A DNA stretch of 64,000 nucleotides from an uncultured virus (IMG/VR IMGVR_UViG_3300005098_000230) (lineage: Duplodnaviria; Heunggongvirae; Uroviricota; Caudoviricetes), in IMG/VR virus record IMGVR_UViG_3300005098_000230. One strand, given 5' to 3'. Positions 58,696-64,000 of the stretch are shown here, one piece after another. A model generated the notes under the pieces. It was not told the DNA's origin. It saw only the letters and a list, made by a program, of their open reading frames with translations, and did not search any database. The stretch's first letter is position 1. Every line of letters starts with the position of its first letter. The position numbers and the translations under genes were made by a program.

Positions 58696-58724
58696 TTGAC
58701 AATGCACGTGCAATGTGGTATGAT
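58696..58724 (+). promoter_or_regulatory. Promoter of an antisense moron gene
   Basis: TTGACA-17-TATGAT with TG extension. Confidence 0.75.
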
Positions 58725-58752
58725 GAGACTAAACGCCACAAGGAGGAACATC

Positions 58753-58932
58753 ATGGCTATGATTAACCGCTGCCCGCATTGCGGGAACACCGACATCAAG
58801 TGTCGCAAGAAGCACGCAGGTCTAGTTTTCTGGATTTTCGTGCTTATCTCGATGGGGTTGGCACTGATCATGTACCCCTTCCTCCCCGTCGAGTGCGTGT
58901 GCAAGAAGTGCGGCACACGCTGGCGGCCTTAA
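58753..58932 (+). CDS. LITAF-like Zn-ribbon membrane protein (moron)
   Basis: CPHC-hydrophobic-CKKC; AGGAGG RBS; opposite strand to the tail operon. Confidence 0.7.
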   Translation: MAMINRCPHCGNTDIKCRKKHAGLVFWIFVLISMGLALIMYPFLPVECVCKKCGTRWRP

Positions 58933-59357
58933 TCCTCTTCTAGCAGGTGCTTATACTGCTCCCAGCGGGAGCCGAACATCATCCTCAGCTTAGCCTCCGA
59001 GAACTTGGGCGACTGTGGTCGCTCGCCCAAGTTGAAAAGGTGCTCGATCAGGTCGTCCAGGGCCTTGCTTGCTTTCTTGGCCGGACCTTTGGCGGCTAGT
59101 GCGCTGCTCAGCACCAAACGCATTCCAGCGAGGTGCAGGGCGGCAAGGCGGGCTGGATGCTGTCTCTGCTCCCGCTGGTACTCCAGGGCAGAAATGGCCA
59201 TGTAGAGCACCTGGGGATAGGTGTACTCCCGCAGAGCTACGGGCGGGGGCACACAGAAGGGTGGGTACGCGCACAAGGAAACGAGGTAATCCTCGTCCGT
59301 TACCCACTCGTCTCCCCAGATGCTTCTGCTTCCATCTCCCTCGCCTTCTTCTCCCCC
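58929..59357 (-). CDS. Tail assembly chaperone -1 frameshift extension (gpT-like)
   Basis: Open -1 frame overlapping the chaperone end; no good independent start. Confidence 0.55.
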   Translation of the reverse strand, partial: GGEEGEGDGSRSIWGDEWVTDEDYLVSLCAYPPFCVPPPVALREYTYPQVLYMAISALEYQREQRQHPARLAALHLAGMRLVLSSALAAKGPAKKASKALDDLIEHLFNLGERPQSPKFSEAKLRMMFGSRWEQYKHLLEED

Positions 59358-59806
59358 TCCACCCTGGCTTGCAATGCCACCAGGCCCAGGCGGAGCAGGC
59401 TGGGTAGTAAAGGGAGAAGGTACTCCTTCGCCAACTCTTGAGCCCATTTGAGGCCGTTTAGCTCGATGAGGACCTGGAAGTTGTGCCAGATTTGTGGCCA
59501 CGGTGCAGTTTTCACGTCCTCTTCCTCAAGGTCGGGAACCAGCACTTTCAGCAGCCTGTATGGTGCATCCACGAGGCTCTCGAAAGCGGACTTGGCATCA
59601 TCGGCTGTGACTTCTTCTTTGTCCTCAAAGCCCTGAACTCCTGCGAAGAGATCATCAAACAGGTCTTTGAAAAGCAACGTCCGCTCGGCGGTGGCAGGTT
59701 CTACGATGTACCGCTGAGTGCCGAATTCAAGGATCACCCTCTCCCTTCGCCAAACGCGGCTTTTTACACCTTTGGGAACTTTCTCGTCTGCCCCCAGTTT
59801 AGCCAT
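59300..59806 (-). CDS. Tail assembly chaperone (gpG-like)
   Basis: Position between tail tube and TMP. Confidence 0.65.
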   Translation of the reverse strand: MAKLGADEKVPKGVKSRVWRRERVILEFGTQRYIVEPATAERTLLFKDLFDDLFAGVQGFEDKEEVTADDAKSAFESLVDAPYRLLKVLVPDLEEEDVKTAPWPQIWHNFQVLIELNGLKWAQELAKEYLLPLLPSLLRLGLVALQARVEGEKKAREMEAEASGETSG

Positions 59807-59824
59807 TACACCCCCCTATTCGGA

Positions 59825-60436
59825 TTAGTACTGCCAGATGTCGTAGGCGGCTACCTCGTTGCCATCCGAGTCTAGAATCTGCGGATCGGTGTAGACCTTG
59901 AGCGTCACACCAAACTCCATCGGATTGTCCTTGTCCCACACCCGTTGGGTTTCGTCGCCTGACCGCTTCGTGTAAGGAAAGATAGTGGCTGAAATCTTGT
60001 TGTTCTCATCGAAGTCGAGAACAGCCACGCGATAGACCGTCTCATCCTTGCGGTTGGTGTAGAACAAGCGATACTCGCTATTGACAGCATCATCGTTGAA
60101 GTCCACACCCTGCTTCACGAACTCCAAGACGGTCCGCGACCACTCTGCCGGCGTGATCTCAACCGTGCGGTTGTAGTCTGACTTGCGGGTGTTGATGACT
60201 CCGAACTGCTGGGTGTCAATCTCGGTCACATCGAAGCCCTCGCTCTCAGTGACGGGCTGAGTGGTGATCCCAATGTCGAACCACCCATTAGCCGCCACAG
60301 GATCGTAGGTGGTCAAGCTGATGATGTCTGAGAGCTGCAAGGGATAGGACGTGAGGTAGCTCGACCGCTTCTGCAACAGAACGCGGGCGATCTTGATTTT
60401 GACATTCGCTTTGGTGCCACGATACTGACCAGCCAT
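59825..60436 (-). CDS. Major tail tube protein
   Basis: About 200 aa, WFDIGIT, beta-rich; strong RBS; synteny. Confidence 0.7.
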   Translation of the reverse strand: MAGQYRGTKANVKIKIARVLLQKRSSYLTSYPLQLSDIISLTTYDPVAANGWFDIGITTQPVTESEGFDVTEIDTQQFGVINTRKSDYNRTVEITPAEWSRTVLEFVKQGVDFNDDAVNSEYRLFYTNRKDETVYRVAVLDFDENNKISATIFPYTKRSGDETQRVWDKDNPMEFGVTLKVYTDPQILDSDGNEVAAYDIWQY

Positions 60437-60454
60437 AGTAGGCACACCTCCTTG

Positions 60455-60946
60455 TTAGATACTTTGCTTACGATCCCGCTTGTTTGCGGGCCAGAAACGG
60501 AGCCAGCTATAGCGCCCTGCCCATTCCGGTGGACTGCCGCACAGGATACGAGCGTCGGGCTTGGGAATTGCCTGCGGTTTGCCTTTGACAAAGTAATAGA
60601 CCATATAGGGTCGGCCCTCAACAGTGCATGAGTACGGGTTCTCCTCGAGGTCGCGGAGCACAATCTTGATCGTCTCCTCTTCAGGAAGTGGCTCGGCCCT
60701 TTTCTCCACCCTTTCCACCAGCCTCTGGATTACGCCCTCGTAGTACTCCGCATCGGGGTTGAATTGCTCATACTCCAACTCAGTCATGCCGTGCAAGGCT
60801 ATATGTACTGGCGAGATGGGGTGAGGGAACTCCCGACCACAGACCTTGCATCGCACAGTTTCCACGTGGGAAGTTTCTTCGGGTGCAGTCTCCTCCGCAG
60901 GCTGATTTTCCACAGTTTCCACGTGGGAAGTTTCTGCCTTTTTCAT
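60455..60946 (-). CDS. Protein with a MucR/ROS-like Zn finger
   Basis: CKVCG..HIALHGMT..Y. Confidence 0.6.
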   Translation of the reverse strand: MKKAETSHVETVENQPAEETAPEETSHVETVRCKVCGREFPHPISPVHIALHGMTELEYEQFNPDAEYYEGVIQRLVERVEKRAEPLPEEETIKIVLRDLEENPYSCTVEGRPYMVYYFVKGKPQAIPKPDARILCGSPPEWAGRYSWLRFWPANKRDRKQSI

Positions 60947-60956
60947 AATGCCCCCT

Positions 60957-61514
60957 CTAACTGACAATGATTTCGGCGACTTGCCCAGCGACTCTCTGCA
61001 AATCGCGGACCAGGTCTTCTTCCAGTTCTTCGATCACGCGCTCGTGGACGGGATTGCCTTTGGTGCCTGGATGCCAGACGGCCCAGGCACGGCAGGGCTC
61101 TCCTGTGTCACGGTCGTACCACAGCAACGGGTATCCCTTAGCTTTCTGCACCGCCGCCGCGACCTCATAGGAGGTATTGCCTCCCACGGGAATACGGTGA
61201 GGCTTTGTTGGGTAGAGTACATAGTCACGGATGGGCGAGCGGTTGTCGAGGGTGATGGTGCCTCGATAGTCGCCCTCATCATCCACCACAGCGTACCACT
61301 GCTGGTAGAAATGCTGGCGCGGCTCGGCCTTGCGCGGGTCTCGGTGGAGCGTGTCTTTGGGCGACTCATCCCGTGCAAGCTGCACCATGCGCTCAGCCCA
61401 CTCCTCAGCGTACTGCCGGCGCATGTGCGCCGCGTGGTCAAGAGCGCGAGTAAAACGGCCCGCTGCGTCGCGGTGCCCCTCAACCACTATGCGGATCAGG
61501 TCAGCCATACTCAC
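60957..61514 (-). CDS. Neck/tail-completion protein (HK97 gp10-like)
   Basis: YPTKPHRI..VWHPGTKGNP. Confidence 0.7.
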   Translation of the reverse strand: MSMADLIRIVVEGHRDAAGRFTRALDHAAHMRRQYAEEWAERMVQLARDESPKDTLHRDPRKAEPRQHFYQQWYAVVDDEGDYRGTITLDNRSPIRDYVLYPTKPHRIPVGGNTSYEVAAAVQKAKGYPLLWYDRDTGEPCRAWAVWHPGTKGNPVHERVIEELEEDLVRDLQRVAGQVAEIIVS

Positions 61515-61993
61515 ATCCTGTGTATTACTCCGAAGCGGAAGAGACGGCCTCGGAATCGTTCCTCTGGCGGAGCCACCCGTGTCACAGCCGTGCGGAATGT
61601 GGAAGCCACATACCCGCGTGGGCAGGCTCCCCCCAGTGTGGGGTCGGCTTGGAGCATCCTCCAGAATGCCTCCAAGTGACGGTCTACTGTCTTAGCCAAC
61701 CGCTCGGCGTCTGTGTCTCGAAACCGCATCTCAACCTGAATGGTGGTTTGCCAGAAAATAGTCGCGGATGGTTGCTGAGCGGTCACGAACGGGCGCGTTT
61801 CCACATCGTAGACCAGCAGGTAGGGATACTGGCGCGACTCGTTGAACACCCCCTCGTCGGCGTATATTCGGCTCTTAAAGTCCCCTAGCGTGATGGGATC
61901 AGCAGCGTGCGCCGTTTCTGTATCTATCAAGTAGGTCTCGTAGTTGGCCTCGAAATGGTCAAGAATGCCCTGCACGATGTCTTCAGGGTACAC
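61511..61993 (-). CDS. Probable tail terminator
   Basis: YPYLLV..LQADPTLGG; synteny. Confidence 0.55.
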   Translation of the reverse strand: MYPEDIVQGILDHFEANYETYLIDTETAHAADPITLGDFKSRIYADEGVFNESRQYPYLLVYDVETRPFVTAQQPSATIFWQTTIQVEMRFRDTDAERLAKTVDRHLEAFWRMLQADPTLGGACPRGYVASTFRTAVTRVAPPEERFRGRLFRFGVIHRM

Positions 61994-62378
61994 GCTTATG
62001 CTCCGTTTCACTCCAGAGGTCTGCGAGATCAACGCCCGTCAGGACATTGAGCCGCTGGAGGATCAATCGGTTGCTCTCGGCTACCCGCTGCTCCAACCTC
62101 TCCAGGGCTTGTGCGAGTTGCATGTTGCTTTCACGAGAGGCGGCTATTTGTTGCTCAAGCGCAGCAAGGAATTGTGTTGTGACCTCCTTGCGCTCCCTTG
62201 TCGCTTCCTCAGCCTGTTTGCAGAGCCGGTCTAGTTCTCGCTGTTGCTGGTCAATAAGGGCTTGATTTTTTCTCTCCAGCGCCGGCCAGAGCACTTTGTA
62301 GATTCCAAACAGACCAGCGATTAGGAAGGCAAAGGCTCCTATGTACTGTGCCAATGCTGTTATGATTTGCTCGGACAT
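61983..62378 (-). CDS. TM + coiled-coil protein (BhlA/UviB holin-like)
   Basis: N-terminal TM followed by a coiled coil. Confidence 0.5.
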   Translation of the reverse strand: MSEQIITALAQYIGAFAFLIAGLFGIYKVLWPALERKNQALIDQQQRELDRLCKQAEEATRERKEVTTQFLAALEQQIAASRESNMQLAQALERLEQRVAESNRLILQRLNVLTGVDLADLWSETEHKRVP

Positions 62379-62384
62379 ACTTCA

Positions 62385-62891
62385 TCATCCTGGCCAGTAC
62401 CTCGTTGTCCACGCATTGCGCTTGTGGCGCTTGCGCGTGAGCTGCCCAAAGGTCATGCGCCCCTCGATGGGCGTGGGATCAGCGACAACGGGGGCGGTGT
62501 TAGTCAAGTCGTCGGATGTGTCACGAACGGCGTCATAGAGCAGATCGCCTCCGTCGCGCACGATGGCCGACATGCGATCCTCGTAGGTCTTCTTCCAGCG
62601 AGCAGCGCGGGTGTCTTCCTCGCCCGAGGTCAGGGCGTTGATAGCTTCCAGGGTCAGCCAAGCCGCTCCCCACGCAGCGATGTCTTTGAGCTGGGCGTAA
62701 GACTTGGGGGAGGCAGCCTGAGTGATCGGCACAGTGAAGCCAAGCCGTTTGAGAGCAGCGTTCATCTCGGCCTCAATAGCCGTGATGAAACTGGTACCCT
62801 CCGTGGAGGACGGCTCTGAGGTAGCCGAAAACGAGAAGCCCTGGATTCTGGCTTCGATGTCCGACAGCTCGATATAGTCGCCCATGCGCAC
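62385..62891 (-). CDS. Head-tail adaptor
   Basis: YIELSDI..AEMNAAL..GFTVPI; follows the capsid gene. Confidence 0.7.
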   Translation of the reverse strand: MRMGDYIELSDIEARIQGFSFSATSEPSSTEGTSFITAIEAEMNAALKRLGFTVPITQAASPKSYAQLKDIAAWGAAWLTLEAINALTSGEEDTRAARWKKTYEDRMSAIVRDGGDLLYDAVRDTSDDLTNTAPVVADPTPIEGRMTFGQLTRKRHKRNAWTTRYWPG

Positions 62892-62988
62892 CCCCTCTCA
62901 GCCCGCACTGGAAGCGGGGGCCAGCGGGGGAGGAAGACCCCCGCCCCAGTTTGGGCAACGACTAGCTAGTCGGCGGGCGGATGATTAC

Positions 62989-63999
62989 CTACCACACGCT
63001 TGAGTTGAGCACACGGGCTGAGAGCACCCGCTTCGGCCACGTGAACTTCGGGAAGCAGTGCTCGCCCACACCAGTTTCGACGGTGTAGGGCGGCTTCAGG
63101 GCCTCATGTACCCAGGTGTAGCGGGCTCGCGGCGCAGGCGCACCACCCCTCGCGCTTCCAGGGGCCACGGCCATAGTACCCACAGTTGCGTCGCCTGGCA
63201 GGAGGACGATCTTCTTGTCGTCCACCATGTCAGTCTTGGTGATGGTTGGCTCGGTGGAAGTATCGGTGATGACCGAGTACTTGGCGCGGTAGAGGATCAC
63301 CTGCACATCATGGAGCTCTTGGATGAACTGCTGTACCTGCGTCATGGTCAGAGCAGTCGGCTGGTTGGCCGAGGCGATGCCCCGAGTCGAAGACCACAGG
63401 TTGAGGACAGCGCTGTTGCGGGATAGCACCCACAGCACATCGCGGCTCACGATCATGGCCCCGGGTCGCACACCACCAGTGTCCTCGACAGTGACGATCA
63501 TCTTGCCGATGTCCTGGATGGGGTCGGATCCGCTCTGATCCCAGTACTTGGTGCCGTACAGATTGGTGGCATCCGTCCACTTGGTCAGCCCTGGCCACGT
63601 GACCTTGATGCGCACCTTGCGGTCGGTGTCCCAGGAATTGTCCACCTCACCCTCGAAGAGGGCAGACATTCTCATCCACTCTTTGGTGGCGTCTATCGCA
63701 CCAGACAGGAGATTGGCGTAGTCGCGGATGTCCTCCAGGGCTTGGAGCTGGCGGGCAGCGATCTCCGAGTTGGGATTGGCCGCCACTTCGTGCCAGATGC
63801 GCAGTTCCTTCTCCGTCCAGATTTTGCGGAAGCGAATGTACGCCACAGCAGTGCGGATGCGCTGGTAGACGTTGTCGCCGATGATCGGGATTTCCGAATC
63901 CAGGGTCACGAACGGGGCCATCGGATTGCGGTCAAGGCGCAGGTCGTTGACCAGCTCATCGGCAGGCACGCCTTGATCGGGGAACCAACGAGCGCCGAT
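62989..63999 (-). CDS. Major capsid protein (lambda E-like), N-terminus off the right edge
   Basis: Frame open to the edge (IGARWFP..); EWMRMSAL..G..; WDQSGSDPIQDI. Confidence 0.85.
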   Translation of the reverse strand: MGARWFPDQGVPADELVNDLRLDRNPMAPFVTLDSEIPIIGDNVYQRIRTAVAYIRFRKIWTEKELRIWHEVAANPNSEIAARQLQALEDIRDYANLLSGAIDATKEWMRMSALFEGEVDNSWDTDRKVRIKVTWPGLTKWTDATNLYGTKYWDQSGSDPIQDIGKMIVTVEDTGGVRPGAMIVSRDVLWVLSRNSAVLNLWSSTRGIASANQPTALTMTQVQQFIQELHDVQVILYRAKYSVITDTSTEPTITKTDMVDDKKIVLLPGDATVGTMAVAPGSARGGAPAPRARYTWVHEALKPPYTVETGVGEHCFPKFTWPKRVLSARVLNSSVW

Positions 64000-64000
64000 A

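Larger units (their letters stand above)
1..64000. mobile_element. Temperate tailed phage / phage-plasmid genome (partial; continues beyond both edges)
   Basis: Terminase, portal, MuF, capsid, tail tube, TMP, integrase, repressor, Rep and partition genes fill the window; no host housekeeping genes seen. Confidence 0.95.

Noticed and set aside
1..64000. tRNA or rRNA genes
   Set aside because: None recognised by eye; tRNAscan-SE/Infernal needed to exclude them

Overview
The window is most of a temperate, siphovirus-like phage genome with plasmid-maintenance functions. The host is probably a Chloroflexota bacterium (inferred from a YLPLIMR C-terminal motif and a Rep-DnaA_N initiator). A leftward late/packaging arm (17963 to 1) encodes a radical SAM enzyme, an unannotated 43-aa Arg-rich peptide ending GGGGC, TerS, a lambda-GpA-like TerL, MazG, portal, a MuF-ADP-ribosyltransferase fusion, a glycan-modification cluster and a C5 DNA methyltransferase. 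A rightward early/maintenance arm (19.8-40.5 kb) encodes small accessory genes, two ParB proteins, a large serine integrase with an apparently intact attP, a CI-like repressor, a Rep with iterons, RusA, a ParM-parC-ParR-like cassette, an FtsK-like ATPase and a Rad52-like annealase. A leftward virion arm (64000 to 40630) encodes capsid, neck, tail tube, chaperones, tape measure, tail proteins, five glycosyltransferases and a 1617-aa mucin-like Thr/Ser-repeat tail protein. Four unexplained features stand out: (1) four consecutive gene cassettes, each clamped by its own 25-32-nt long-range inverted repeat whose mismatches are mostly G-U in the sense RNA; (2) the radical SAM + GGGGC peptide pair; (3) 14 dispersed parS-like TTYCCRYRYGGRAA palindromes with two ParBs and no ParA in the window; (4) a probable virion O-glycosylation system. 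All family calls are from motif recognition by eye, not database searches. There is one N gap (18519-18643).
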